DNA of 64,000 bases from Selaginella moellendorffii (GCF_000143415.4 NW_003314266.1:456463-520462), one strand, 5' to 3'. Positions 1 to 12,490 are shown, counted from the first letter of the stretch. Notes: generated by a model from the letters alone, not told the origin. Made by a program: numbers and translations.

Positions 1-2115
1 AACGACGGTACGCACAAAACCAGGGGTCATGTTGTATATGGAGAGGCAATCTTCAAGAGGTTTGTCGAGACATGTAGCGAGCAGCAACCACATAAAACCC
101 GCCTCTTGGAAGATGGAACACGAGACACCCAACGAGTTCTCCCTTCCATGTATACCAAGGGGGCCATATTGGAAGATGTGAATCGGGAACTCCAGAGTAA
201 TGGCTACAGGAAGCTGAGCCAATCTAGATTTAGTAGATTGTGGAGCAACAGGTTCAGGGATGTGAGTATAGGAAAGTACTCCAGCTTTTCAAAGTGTGAC
301 GAGTGCACTGCTATCAAAATGGCTTTGTCGAAGAATTCTTGCAGCGCTCAAGAGCGAGAGACGTTGGTTAGAAGGCGGCTCGACCACAACATCGAGCAGA
401 GAAGCTGCAGGACTGCATATTATCATAACAGGATTCTCTCCATGGAGAGACCTGACTCTTACCTCTGCATCATCCACGACAAAATGGACCAGAAAAAGAC
501 GTGCTTACCTCGACTCAATCCTGCCCCCAAGGCAATCTCTTCATCCATGCAGCTGCCTGTGTCTCTGTTTGGCATAATCGCTCATGGGCATGGTGCCCAG
601 AACTATGGGAACTTCTTTGTACCTCTATGGGGTGGCGGGGGTGCAAACATGATGATTGCGTCCCTAGCAAAACACTTAAGGTCTCTGCAAAGTGCGCAGA
701 CTGAGCTGAACGGCCAACCCTTGCATAAGGCCCTTGTCGATCGAACCCCATACAGGGTTCAGCTGGAGGAGGAGCAAAGGCTTGCAGTATCGCGTGGGGC
801 CCCATGCCATCCCAGTGAATATGTTGGCCGTCAGATTGTAGGGTTATCACGTGAGGCCTCATGCCATTCCGACGAGGCTGGTCGCCCGGTGAATGCACAG
901 CCTCATCCAAACGAAGCAGAATCTCAAGGAAGTTCTTGCGGCCGATGTGGCCTTCCACCCCATCTTCTGCTCCAAACAGACAATGCTGGCAGTGAGAACA
1001 AAAACATGTACGTCTTCGCGTACTTGGCGATGCTTGTTGCCAAAGGCATATTTGAAACGGTTACACTTGGCTTTCTCATGGTTGGGCACACTCATGAAGA
1101 CGTCGATGCCATGTTCAGTCACCTGGCAGAGTCCCTCCGGCGATCCAATGTCCTCACCCTCCCACAACTCTACGATGAATTCCAAAATTGCATCAAAGGC
1201 ACTGTTGAAGCTGCACTTCTGACAGAGGTTCCAGACTTTAAGGGGTTTGTAAGAGGCTACATCAGGGATGGATCCGAAACGCTGATTGGCCACTCCAAGC
1301 CTCTTCAGTTTCATTTCAGCATGTGTGACGGTGCTCCAGTGATGAGGTACAAGATGAGAGAATGGGACACAGTGTGGCTGCCAGTGGACGGCATTGAACT
1401 CTTCAAGAGAGATCCCATAACTGGGGAACCTATGATTCCTCAGGGTTCCCCACGGCCGATGCACCCGGATGGACTCAAAGACCAGGAAAGTATAGTGGCC
1501 GGGATTAGACAGCATATTGCCTTCTGGAAGAGGGGGTTGGTGTTTGGTGGAGAATCCTATTTTCAGAGGTGCAAGCCTTTGCTCGAATACTGGGAGAAGA
1601 TTATATCTGCTATCCAAAATGGGCCGGTTGTATATGAAGAATTGGAAGAGTCCTTTTGGCCAGAACCCAGAGCACCAGATAGTAGCGGAACAATGTCCTC
1701 TGGAAATGCAGTGACAGATAACGATGTTGAGGATCACTATTGTGGGCCGAGGAACAAGAAGCCGGATTCAGCATTCAATCCAGTACAGGTCTGCAAAGGA
1801 ATGGTCGTGCTTGTCAGACCCAGTAATAAAAAACAAATGATATGGGTGGGGCGCTGCATCACTGATGCAGAGGAGGACGCGGAAACTAACTCCTTCAATG
1901 TAACTGTGGAGTGGTTCAAGCCAAGTTCCGGATATACGAAGGATTGCCTAGAAAAGAGATGGGTGCTGAATCCAAGGGATCCCAGCATGAGCATATCGGT
2001 GGATAATGTTGTGCATGGTTGGATGCGGAAGCAGAGTGCCACCATCACCTTGCCAGACCATGCAAGAGATGCAGCAAGAGCATTCATAACTCGGGTTCAA
2101 GGTGAGATTCATTAA
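1..2115 (+). CDS. Sola-like DDD transposase, C-terminal two-thirds (5' end outside window)
   Basis: Frame open from base 1. Motifs HDKMDQKKT, LQTDNAGSENKN and FLMVGHTHEDVDAMFS, plus a CxxC. A probable final intron at 2102-2153 adds the exon EQSESESEEA* (2154-2188). Confidence 0.85.
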   Translation, partial: NDGTHKTRGHVVYGEAIFKRFVETCSEQQPHKTRLLEDGTRDTQRVLPSMYTKGAILEDVNRELQSNGYRKLSQSRFSRLWSNRFRDVSIGKYSSFSKCDECTAIKMALSKNSCSAQERETLVRRRLDHNIEQRSCRTAYYHNRILSMERPDSYLCIIHDKMDQKKTCLPRLNPAPKAISSSMQLPVSLFGIIAHGHGAQNYGNFFVPLWGGGGANMMIASLAKHLRSLQSAQTELNGQPLHKALVDRTPYRVQLEEEQRLAVSRGAPCHPSEYVGRQIVGLSREASCHSDEAGRPVNAQPHPNEAESQGSSCGRCGLPPHLLLQTDNAGSENKNMYVFAYLAMLVAKGIFETVTLGFLMVGHTHEDVDAMFSHLAESLRRSNVLTLPQLYDEFQNCIKGTVEAALLTEVPDFKGFVRGYIRDGSETLIGHSKPLQFHFSMCDGAPVMRYKMREWDTVWLPVDGIELFKRDPITGEPMIPQGSPRPMHPDGLKDQESIVAGIRQHIAFWKRGLVFGGESYFQRCKPLLEYWEKIISAIQNGPVVYEELEESFWPEPRAPDSSGTMSSGNAVTDNDVEDHYCGPRNKKPDSAFNPVQVCKGMVVLVRPSNKKQMIWVGRCITDAEEDAETNSFNVTVEWFKPSSGYTKDCLEKRWVLNPRDPSMSISVDNVVHGWMRKQSATITLPDHARDAARAFITRVQGEIH

Positions 2116-3321
2116 TATTCCTTTACAAAGTTTTTAATGTATTTTATTTCAAGGTGAACAATCCGAATCTGAATCAGAGGAGGCTTGATATAGTGTGTGA
2201 GGTAAAACAAAGATGATGTGACATATGCATTTACCAATCACACGTGCATAAATCTAATAATATGGCGTGTGGCCCATATTAATGGCACATAAACCCATAT
2301 TGTGGGCTTACGTGCTTTATGTACCATCATTCCCTTGCAGCGTGTGTGTTGGTTTCCTTTTATAACACAACGAACTCCATATTTTAGGGTGAAGAGCGTT
2401 CTCATGGCAAGCACAAAATCTGTAAGTGAGGTAGAAAAGGAGACGGAGAAGGAGATAGGTGAAGATGTAGAATATATAAGTCTTCCAAACTCCCCGTACT
2501 ATACTCCAGGTGATCATTTTTCTGAACAAACGGCAACATTAACAACTATCGAGAACGCCCCAGTAACGTCAGAGACAACAATCCAAAGCAAAACAACTGA
2601 CCCGGAGAAGGATGATAGTACCGCTGAGAGTACCAAAAAGGAGGTGTCCACTAGCGCTTAGGCTTATAATGGCGTGTGCCCTCATGCCATTTACTTGATC
2701 ACCAAATACCTTTTTCCCTTTGCACTAGTATATCTTAATACCGGTCTGAGAAATAGAATGGCATGTGCCCTCAGGCCTTTTACTAAATCACCTTTGAAAG
2801 AAATGCAAGCCTCTATGTCGTAAAAAAAAGGTACTAGAGAAATTCCTTAATAATATGAATGTTATTTAGTTTCATGAAAATACACTAAGGGTCAAATGAG
2901 TTAAATGACTTCTCCAGACTAGCAATGCCTCTTGCTACACCTTCACAATTAGATTCGTTAGAAAAAGATAACATTGAATAATATCTAAATGTTCTCACCA
3001 TTAAGTTATATGTCTGGCTAATAGGAATGATGTTCATCTTGGAAAGCTCACCACACGCTCAATGAACAAACAAATAGTGTGTGCGCGCATGCCATCGCTC
3101 TTCTTTAGCTTCAGATTCGGCTTGTTCACCTTGACAATGAGATTTATTATACAACTAGATGGACTCAGTCTGGACATAAGGTCACCGCGCCAGTCACCAT
3201 GCCCCAGATATGTCTAGCCCCTGGACAAAAAACATATAATTTCACGTCATTTTCAAATACTTGAAAATTTGTACCTAGTCCCATTTTACTGAATAAATCC
3301 CACTTTAACGAAATAGAGCTT
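1..3321 (+). mobile_element. Partial second copy of the large Sola-like DNA transposon, inverted relative to 5499-18571 and running off the window start
   Basis: 1-3321 is the reverse complement of 5499-8819 (coordinates sum to 8820) with only scattered substitutions. It ends in the TIR TCCCACTTTAACGAAATAGAGCTT (3298-3321), followed by CTAA. Confidence 0.92.
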
Positions 3322-5498
3322 CTAAGGGATTGGTTGAAGCATTTGGACGGAGGTGTATGGTGCCCCATGAGGTATGGGGAGGATCATAAGATCCAAGTAT
3401 GAGAACAGTGAGTATCTCATTGATGGCAGAATGTGCCATGTTAAAGTCGTGGGAAAGATGTTCCCAGAAGAAAGCAACTTTGGCCCAGAGTTGGGTGCAA
3501 ACACTATGGTGCGGTGCTAACGGATAGTTAGTATGAGGAACAACTATATTGGTCTTGGCAAAGACCTAAACACTAATAAGTAGTGTTATAAGGATAGGTT
3601 CGTGGAGCCGATGGTGTGGAGACATCGAAGGTGCCAAGGTGTGCTGCCTTGAGGTCAAGTTGGCGGGTTCATGAGAACCCCGTCCAAAGGAATCCCAATG
3701 GAAATGGGAATGGCATAGCCTAAGCTGGAAGGCATGCGGTTAGAGTGTGGTGACCCGGATAATGATGGAGGTGTGGAAGCACCAAGCAATGAGTTGTAGG
3801 ACTTGACAATTATGGGGCAACTAAGCAAGATGTGCAAAATAACTGGTTAAACAGGTAGAAAGTAGCTACCCAAAACTTCTTAATAGCATAGGGAAGTTGG
3901 ATATACCCTTACGGGGGATAAGTTGCTTATGTTGCGATATAGTAAGTCAATGTCATAAAAGGAAATGCTCATTGTCAAGGAAGCCGTCATTGGGACACCC
4001 GAACACTCTAGAACACCAGGAGGTGGTGTTTGATGTCGCGAGGGCAGTAGATAAGGCCCAAGGGACTAAGTCCCTAGCGAATGATGGATAGTAGGTGCTA
4101 TCCAAATGTCCAAGGTTGTGGAGACAGGAGAAGATTGTCTACCCGAATTGGACAAAGCCAAAAATGGAATTTTGGCAAGGCTAGTGATGGGCATGTAAAA
4201 GCCCATAAGCAGCAACGTTAATCCCGATGTGTGGGATTATAAGGTGAGCATGCCCAAGATTGAGGAACCACTCCCTAGGCTATCGGGTAGGTTCATCCCT
4301 AAGAATACTTGCTAAGGTATGATAGAAAGTGCAAAGCTATCCTCCTGGTCTGGAGGAGAATGACCGAAGGAAAGGTGTGAAGCCAAAAGCAAGAAGTAAG
4401 GGGATGGAACCGAACCATAGGAATCGAAGGGCATAACCAAGGTTGGTTATGCCAGCTGGGAGTGGAGAATCAAGTGGGGGCTCGAGGGTGTTGCCGCTAG
4501 CAACCGTGATGCCATGAAGAGTCTAAAATATGGAATTGTCCATGTTAGACTATATGGTAATTGGGAAGCTTGCAAAAAGGGGGGCCTTAGCAAGCTAAGG
4601 GACAGAGTTCCTTCAAGGTTCTCAAAGAGGATTCTAGGTAGCTTAGTACCTAGAAAGGCCAAGTGTAAATGGTTCATAGAACGTGCGAAATCAGAGTGGC
4701 GCAGCAGAAGTGTGGTCTTGAAGCTTGCCATGAGGCAAGGCTGTCAAGGTTAGGGAAGTAGTTCCCGAGTGTTCAAAAAGAGGGCTTTGAACGAAAGTTG
4801 ATGGTTAAGGACTTCCACGCTTATGCATAAACCATGTTATGATGGCCAGATGACTTGCTAAGTGAGATTGGCAAGTTGGGGGGAACAAATACCCTAGTTG
4901 AAGATGCTAACTTCAAAAAGGGTGGCCCATGGGGCCAAGCATGGAGGAGCCCATGCATGATCACAGATATGTCAAGTGAGAGGACTTGGCAGTGTGGGGG
5001 AACTAGGTTCCTAAGCTGTGATCTGTAGCGCGCTTTAAAAATAAGTTGGTGCACTGGCGTGGGGAGTCACGCCAGGCATCTTGTGTGATGCCGTCCGTAG
5101 ATGCATATACGGAGGTTGGGTTCGAGTCCCGACCCTCTAGTGCTTGGGTTCGAGTCCCAAATCACTAGGGCGTGGTGATGGTTTGGAATATGAGGACACT
5201 CATATTTCGGTGGTCATGGACTCTCAGTGGGGAGACTGGTTTGGGCACACCGCCAAGCGAGGGATGCCTCGGAGTCGTGATGCATGGTTAGATTGCTTAG
5301 TGTGAAAGCTCGGCATATCTAACTTGAACGCTTTGGTGCCAGTGGCACCAAGGACGTGGTGAGTGAGATGGGGACACCTAATCTCAGTTGCTATGGACCC
5401 TTGGCCGGAAGGGCTGGCTTGGGCGCACCACCAAGTGTGGGGGATGCCCCCGGGGTCGTAGTTAACAAGTTAAAGGTCTGGAAGACCTAGTACCTATT
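3322..5498 (+). mobile_element. Decayed Ty3/Gypsy pol fragment (RT/RNaseH/integrase region) between the two transposon ends
   Basis: Purine-rich, many stops. Remnant integrase zinc-finger-like stretch around 4650-4700 and RT-like remnants at 3830-4070. Confidence 0.55.
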
Positions 5499-5522
5499 AA
5501 GCTCTATTTCGTTAAAGTGGGA
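5499..5522 (+). repeat. Left terminal inverted repeat (24 bp)
   Basis: Exact reverse complement of 18548-18571 and 3298-3321. Confidence 0.95.
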
Positions 5523-6158
5523 TTTATTCAGTAAAATGGGACTAGGTACAAATTTTCAAGTATTTGAAAATGACGTGAAATTATATGTTTTTTGTCCAGG
5601 GGCTAGACATATCTGGGGCATGGTGACTAGCGCGGTGACCTTATGTCCAGACTGAGTCCATCTAGTTGTATAATAAATCTCATTGTCAAGGTGAACAAGC
5701 CGAATCTGAAGCTAAAGAAGAGCGATGGCATGCGCGCACACACTATTTGTTTGTTCATTGAGCGTGTGGTGAGCTTTCCAAGATGAACATCATTCCTATT
5801 AGCCAGACATATAACTTAATGGTGAGAACATTTAGATATTATTCAATGTTATCTTTTTCTAACGAATCTAATTGTGAAGGTGTAGCAAGAGGCATTGCTA
5901 GTCTGGAGAAGTCATTTAACTCATTTGACCCTTAGTGTATTTTCATAAAACTAAATAACATTCATATTATTAAGGAATTTCTCTAGTACCTTTTTTTTAC
6001 GACATAGAGGCTTGCATTTCTTTCAAAGGTGATTTAGTAAAAGGCCTGAGGGCACATGCCATTCTATTTCTCAGACCGGTATTAAGATATACTAGTGCAA
6101 AGGGAAAAAGGTATTTGGTGATCAAGTAAATGGCATGAGGGCACACGCCATTATAAGC

Positions 6159-6416
6159 CTAAGCGCTAGTGGACACCTCCTTTTTGGTACTCTCAGCGGT
6201 ACTATCATCCTTCTCCGGGTCAGTTGTTTTGCTTTGGATTGTTGTCTCTGACGTTACTGGGGCGTTCTCGATAGTTGTTAATGTTGCCGTTTGTTCAGAA
6301 AAATGATCACCTGGAGTATAGTACGGGGAGTTTGGAAGACTTATATATTCTACATCTTCACCTATCTCCTTCTCCGTCTCCTTTTCTGCCTCACTTACAG
6401 ATTTTGTGCTTGCCAT
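6159..6416 (-). CDS. Small acidic Ser/Thr-rich ORF or extra exon inside the transposon (mirror copy 2404-2661 +)
   Basis: MASTKSVSE...KEVSTSA is open in both copies and preceded by a TTTTAG acceptor-like site. No recognisable domain. Confidence 0.3.
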   Translation of the reverse strand: MASTKSVSEAEKETEKEIGEDVEYISLPNSPYYTPGDHFSEQTATLTTIENAPVTSETTIQSKTTDPEKDDSTAESTKKEVSTSA

Positions 6417-6704
6417 GAGAACGCTCTTCACCCTAAAATATGGAGTTCGTTGTGTTATAAAAGGAAACCAACACACACGCTGCAAGGGAATGATGGTACA
6501 TAAAGCACGTAAGCCCACAATATGGGTTTATGTGCCATTAATATGGGCCACACGCCATATTATTAGATTTATGCACGTGTGATTGGTAAATGCATATGTC
6601 ACATCATCTTTGTTTTACCTCACACACTATATCAAGCCTCCTCTAATTCAGATTCGGATTGTTCACCTTGAAATAAAATACATTAGAAACTTTGTAAAGG
6701 AATA

Positions 6705-9700
6705 TTAATGAATCTCACCTTGAACCCGAGTTATGAATGCTCTTGCTGCATCTCTTGCATGGTCTGGCAAGGTGATGGTGGCACTCTGCTTCCGCATCCA
6801 ACCATGCACAACATTATCCACCGATATGCTCATGCTGGGATCCCTTGGATTCAGCACCCATCTCTTTTCTAGGCAATCCTTCTTATATCCGGAACTTGGC
6901 TTGAACCACTCCACAGTTACATTGAAGGAGTTAGTTTCCGTGTCCTCCTCTGCATCAGTGATGCAACGCCCCACCCATATCATTTGTTTTTTATTACTGG
7001 GTCTGACAAGCACGACCATTCCTTTGCAGACCTGTACTGGATTGAATGCTGAATCCGGCTTCTTGTTCCTCGGCCCACAATAGTGATCCTCAACATCGTT
7101 ATCTGTCACTGCATTTCCAGAGGACATTGTTCCGCTACTATCTGGTGCTCTGGGTTCTGGCCAAAAGGACTCTTCCAATTCTTCATATACAACCGGCCCA
7201 TTTTGGATAGCAGATATAATCTTCTCCCAGTATTCGAGCAAAGGCTTGCACCTCTGAAAATAGGATTCTCCACCAAACACCAACCCCCTCTTCCAGAAGG
7301 CAATATGCTGTCTAATCCCGGCCACTATACTTTCCTGGTCTTTAAGTCCATCCGGGTGCATCGGCCGTGGGGAACCCTGAGGAATCATAGGTTCCCCAGT
7401 TATGGGATCTCTCTTGAAGAGTTCAATGCCGTCCACTGGCAGCCACACTGTGTCCCATTCTCTCATCTTGTACCTCATCACTGGAGCACCGTCACACATG
7501 CTGAAATGAAACTGAAGAGGCTTGGAGTGGCCAATCAGCGTTTCAGATCCGTCCCTGATGTAGCCTCTTATAAACCCCTTAAAGTCTGGAACCTCTGTCA
7601 CAAGTGCAGCTTCAACAGTGCCTTTGATGCAATTTTGGAATTCATCGTAGAGTTGTGGGAGGGTGAGGACATTGGATCGCCGAAGGGACTCTGCCAGGTG
7701 ACTGAACATGGCATCGACGTCTTCATGAGTGTGCCCAACCATGAGAAAGCCAAGTGTAACCGTTTCAAATATGCCTTTGGCAACAAGCATCGCCAAGTAC
7801 GCGAAGACGTACATGTTTTTGTTCTCACTGCCAGCATTGTCTGTTTGGAGCAGAAGATGGGGTGGAAGGCCACATCGGCCGCAAGAACTTCCTTGAGATT
7901 CTGCTTCGTTTGGATGAGGCTGTGCATTCACCGGGCGACCAGCCTCGTCGGAATGGCATGAGGCCTCACGTGATAACCCTACAATCTGACGGCCAACATA
8001 TTCACTGGGATGGCATGGGGCCCCACGCGATACTGCAAGCCTTTGCTCCTCCTCCAGCTGAACCCTGTATGGGGTTCGATCGACAAGGGCCTTATGCAAG
8101 GGTTGGCCGTTCAGCTCAGTCTGCGCACTTTGCAGAGACCTTAAGTGTTTTGCTAGGGACGCAATCATCATGTTTGCACCCCCGCCACCCCATAGAGGTA
8201 CAAAGAAGTTCCCATAGTTCTGGGCACCATGCCCATGAGCGATTATGCCAAACAGAGACACAGGCAGCTGCATGGATGAAGAGATTGCCTTGGGGGCAGG
8301 ATTGAGTCGAGGTAAGCACGTCTTTTTCTGGTCCATTTTGTCGTGGATGATGCAGAGGTAAGAGTCAGGTCTCTCCATGGAGAGAATCCTGTTATGATAA
8401 TATGCAGTCCTGCAGCTTCTCTGCTCGATGTTGTGGTCGAGCCGCCTTCTAACCAACGTCTCTCGCTCTTGAGCGCTGCAAGAATTCTTCGACAAAGCCA
8501 TTTTGATAGCAGTGCACTCGTCACACTTTGAAAAGCTGGAGTACTTTCCTATACTCACATCCCTGAACCTGTTGCTCCACAATCTACTAAATCTAGATTG
8601 GCTCAGCTTCCTGTAGCCATTACTCTGGAGTTCCCGATTCACATCTTCCAATATGGCCCCCTTGGTATACATGGAAGGGAGAACTCGTTGGGTGTCTCGT
8701 GTTCCATCTTCCAAGAGGCGGGTTTTATGTGGTTGCTGCTCGCTACATGTCTCGACAAACCTCTTGAAGATTGCCTCTCCATATACAACATGACCCCTGG
8801 TTTTGTGCGTACCGTCGTTCCCATGGACTGCCTGTTGAACCCTTTGTTCCTCGAACTCAGTTTTGATTCTGTAGAATGTGCTTCGAGGGACTCCATAAAT
8901 GATTCTCCATGCCTTCATGCAGACCAAACCCCTCTGGAAGACCATGCCCCCCACCTGATGTTCTGAAGCATCAACAGATGACCGTAATGCCTCATACACA
9001 AAATTGCGAGCTGCCTTCCAGGACAATGTCTTGTATCTTGCTCTCTCCTCTTCAATAGCATCCCAATCAACATGTTGATAGCACCTCCTCTTGCAACAAG
9101 CAACTGTCGAGACCATTCGAACCTCCATCGCCATTTTCTGCCTTTTCGGTTCGTTGCTCAGATCCCTTTGGCTGCGCTTTAGGAAGGTGTACTTTCTTTT
9201 CCCATGAAGAGATGTTCTGTCATCAGTTGTAGTGGTGTTTGATTGTGAATCCTTCACATTCTCAAACACTAAGTGCCTCAATTTCCACCGCACAATGCTT
9301 CCAATAGTCAGACTGTTTTCTTCTGTGTCAACAACCTCTAAAATCGCAACTCCAATATCATCCCAGCCCAATTCTTGATTAGCAACCGCATCTCTTGGAT
9401 CGACAACTGTGGCTAAGCCCTCAGCTACCACCTCCCCCTCGGGGTTGTTTAGAAACACTTTTGCCTGAATCCATGTAGCACGGTTCTTAAGATCCACGGA
9501 GGGAACATGCGTCGCACTTGCGCTGTCCCCAACATCTGCTTTCTTCTGAAGATTTTTCAAGGCAACAACAACATTTACCCCGACGACCATCTCTCCTCGT
9601 TCAATAGCGACCACATTCCCATCGAAGACAGTCTCTACTGATACAGCAGCATTGCCTTCCCCAAGCCTTTGACAGTGTATAACAAAGTTCCGATCCATAG

Positions 9701-9773
9701 ACACAAGGGTCCCTTTTGCAACTCTCTTCCCACCATTCAAAATGTAAACCTTTTCCCCAACCCTGAAGGCCAT
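6705..9773 (-). CDS. Full-length Sola-like DDD transposase, 1022 aa
   Basis: Two N-terminal repeats of a beta-rich TE-associated domain (VAKG/VAEG...LG), a CCxxxC motif, CxxC, catalytic segments DKMDQ / QTDN..ENKN / GHTHEDVD, and a C-terminal Tudor/BAH-like segment (VVLVRP..IWVG..VEWF). A splice acceptor immediately before the ATG suggests a 5'UTR intron. Confidence 0.88.
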   Translation of the reverse strand: MAFRVGEKVYILNGGKRVAKGTLVSMDRNFVIHCQRLGEGNAAVSVETVFDGNVVAIERGEMVVGVNVVVALKNLQKKADVGDSASATHVPSVDLKNRATWIQAKVFLNNPEGEVVAEGLATVVDPRDAVANQELGWDDIGVAILEVVDTEENSLTIGSIVRWKLRHLVFENVKDSQSNTTTTDDRTSLHGKRKYTFLKRSQRDLSNEPKRQKMAMEVRMVSTVACCKRRCYQHVDWDAIEEERARYKTLSWKAARNFVYEALRSSVDASEHQVGGMVFQRGLVCMKAWRIIYGVPRSTFYRIKTEFEEQRVQQAVHGNDGTHKTRGHVVYGEAIFKRFVETCSEQQPHKTRLLEDGTRDTQRVLPSMYTKGAILEDVNRELQSNGYRKLSQSRFSRLWSNRFRDVSIGKYSSFSKCDECTAIKMALSKNSCSAQERETLVRRRLDHNIEQRSCRTAYYHNRILSMERPDSYLCIIHDKMDQKKTCLPRLNPAPKAISSSMQLPVSLFGIIAHGHGAQNYGNFFVPLWGGGGANMMIASLAKHLRSLQSAQTELNGQPLHKALVDRTPYRVQLEEEQRLAVSRGAPCHPSEYVGRQIVGLSREASCHSDEAGRPVNAQPHPNEAESQGSSCGRCGLPPHLLLQTDNAGSENKNMYVFAYLAMLVAKGIFETVTLGFLMVGHTHEDVDAMFSHLAESLRRSNVLTLPQLYDEFQNCIKGTVEAALVTEVPDFKGFIRGYIRDGSETLIGHSKPLQFHFSMCDGAPVMRYKMREWDTVWLPVDGIELFKRDPITGEPMIPQGSPRPMHPDGLKDQESIVAGIRQHIAFWKRGLVFGGESYFQRCKPLLEYWEKIISAIQNGPVVYEELEESFWPEPRAPDSSGTMSSGNAVTDNDVEDHYCGPRNKKPDSAFNPVQVCKGMVVLVRPSNKKQMIWVGRCITDAEEDTETNSFNVTVEWFKPSSGYKKDCLEKRWVLNPRDPSMSISVDNVVHGWMRKQSATITLPDHARDAARAFITRVQGEIH

Positions 9774-11042
9774 TCTGAAAGTGCAGAAAAGAAGTTAAGA
9801 CCATACAAAAAATGATTGGAGAATGGCCTAAATCATAACATACCAAACAACCTCAATAGCATGAGGCCACATGCCATTATTCAAACATGCTATTGACACC
9901 CACGTGAAATTTCGCATTCACAAAATTGGCATGAGCCCTCATGCCATTAGTGGTACCACTAATGGCATGTGGCCTCATGCCATTTCTAAATGTGGTCCTA
10001 AGCCATTCCATGGTGAACATACCAGGAAGCACAAGTGCCGAATATCAAGAGGAAGCGGTAGCCACACCAAAGATAGTGCAGCTCGCAACACCGCAACTAC
10101 TTGTAGCACCGCTCGCAACACCGCAACTGCTCGTAGCGCCACTCGCACAAACTGCCACTCGCATAAACTGCCGCTCGCAATGGCGCTCGCAATGCCGCAA
10201 CCGCTCGTAGACGCATAAACCACAGCCCACAACGCCGCTTACACAAGCAGCGCTCACTGCGCTCAGCGGAACCAAGAACACGGCGCACAAAAATGATAGA
10301 CCTAGGAATGAGTTCGAGAATTCAAAAATAACACACGCTTGAACGTCACATCAAATCCTCTGACAAACCAGATCTTATGATTCCTCTGACAAATTTCAAA
10401 CTGAGTAGCTTCTAGACTTTGCTGTCGGAGGTTGAACTTTGTCACATCATGTCCTTGCCTCGATCCAGCTGTGCCATGTCAGTGATTCGAACTTTGCCAT
10501 GCCATGTCAGCGATCCGCGCCAAGATTATTCGCCGTGTAAAGGAATAATTACGCTGTGTGTGTACGTCCATTTATGGCAATATAAGGCCACACGCCATTC
10601 AAAGAATAATGCTCGACATAAGGCCACACGCCATTCAAAGAATAATGCTAGTCGAGCATTTTTTGGTGCATTTTTGGGTTCAAAATTGCATGAGCCCACA
10701 CGCTATAAAGTTTACCTGTACCAAAAATAGAAACAGCTTTATTTACTTGGGAATTTAAGTGGTTGAGGCATTTTTAAACTTACAAACACATGCCCTACTT
10801 ACATTCCTTTGGTTGCCTAAAATTCAAAAATATTATAAACCTTTCTTTTTGCATTTTCAATGTTTTCAATTATGGTTTTTGATTTTCGTAGGACCAGCCT
10901 AGTAATCTATTTGCATCCCGTCATGTTTATAGCTAGCTTTCGTTCGTCCCCTTCGCTAGCCTGAGATACATCTGCTCGGCATCTGCCTCTTACAGCATTT
11001 GCCCAGAAAGGGCATCTTTCTTCACGCAGCATTTGCCACATG

Positions 11043-11075
11043 TTTAGGGTTTAGGGTTTAGGGTTTAGGGTTTAG
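11043..11075 (+). repeat. Interstitial telomeric tract (TTTAGGG)4 + TTTAG
   Basis: Read directly from the sequence. Confidence 0.95.
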
Positions 11076-12289
11076 CAATTCAGTAGCTTGATAAACATGC
11101 AAATACAGAACTTGATGCAAAATCCTTTGATATGTCACAATGCCCCTAGGACCATAAACACATTTCAATAGAGAGGGTCCTTTCATTTCATAACTCCTTA
11201 CGTAGATCTTGGTGAAACCAGAGTTAGTGAAGTTAGTTTCTTGTGATCCCGCATCTGATTGTGATGTCCCTTTGCAGTTTCGATGGAAAGGTCAATGCAC
11301 ACCAAACTGTGAAATCTTGGAGCAAAATAACGGTCGGCTCTATGGCAAATGCCCCTGAAACATTGTAAGGCTCGTATGGTCTCATGTGGTGTCCGATTGA
11401 GATGCTTCTTTGCAGGGTCATCAAGAAAGACATTGTATACCATTTTGTAAAATCTAGTTGCGATCTAACGGTTGGATCTCTAGAAAACTCAAAAAAATCT
11501 CGCGCGTGTCAGAATATCCTAGGAATATACTCCTATGTGCCCCTGAAAATGGCATGCGGCCCCACGCCATTCAAGAGATAATGCCAGATGACGCCGAGAA
11601 TTTTTTGGTGCATTTTTTGGGTTCAAAATTGCATGAGCCCACACGCTATAAAGTTTATCTTTGCCAAATAGAGAAAAGTTTATCTGTGTCATGTGAGGTA
11701 GTTACAGTCCTTTGTGCTCGGCATCTGCCTCTTGCAGCATTTGCACTGAAAGGGAATTTTTCTCCATTCAGCATTTGGCCCTGAAAATGGCATGCGCCCA
11801 CACGCCATTCAAGGAATAACGCCACAGGACGCCTGGATTTTTGGGTTTAAAATGTTTAGGGTTTTTTGGGTTTTTTCAAAATATTTTGGGTCCAACGTTT
11901 TTTGGGTTTCTTTGGTTCAAAATTGCATGAGCCCACACGCTATAATATTGATTTGAGAGAAAAATAGAAACAGATAGAATTTCTTTATTTAGCTGAACAT
12001 CTGCCATTTTTGGAAATACAAGATGCTTTGGAATATCCAATCATGCATGGTATAAATATAGCGAGGGTATTAAATGATATCCCAATCATGATCTTTCTTT
12101 TGGATTTCGCGTGCATGCAGTCCGAGGAATGATGACGTTGCGGATTTCTTTTGGATTTTGCGTGCTTGCATGCGCGCGGCAATCCAGAAATTAATGGTGG
12201 CGCCCAAGTCCGAGGAATGATGACGTGGCGGGATTACCAACCGTTGTGACATTTCGCGCGTGTGAGGTTAGGTTTTGCATTTTGCTTTG

Positions 12290-12490
12290 TACTCGCGCTC
12301 GCACACTCGCGCTCGCGCTCGCATCACACTCGCGCTCGCGCTCGCATCACACTCGCGCTCCCGCTCGCATCGCGCTCCCACTCGCGATCACGCTCACTTC
12401 TCTACAGGTTTCTCGTGTGCATCGGCGTCCACTCGCGCTTGCATCACACTCGCGCTCGCATCGCGCTCGTGTGCATCGGCGTCCACTTCA
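12290..12490 (+). repeat. CpG-rich low-complexity repeat (CACTCGCGCTCGCAT); related tract at 10080-10265
   Basis: Repeated CGCTCGCA units upstream of both divergent transposon genes. Confidence 0.7.

Noticed and set aside
5116-5160. Two GGTTCGAGTCCC B-box/T-loop motifs
   Set aside because: No cloverleaf or A-box; a short duplication within the retroelement relic.
7083-7961. 292-aa antisense ORF (mirror at 859-1737)
   Set aside because: Shadow of the transposase frame; its presence in both copies just reflects their near identity.
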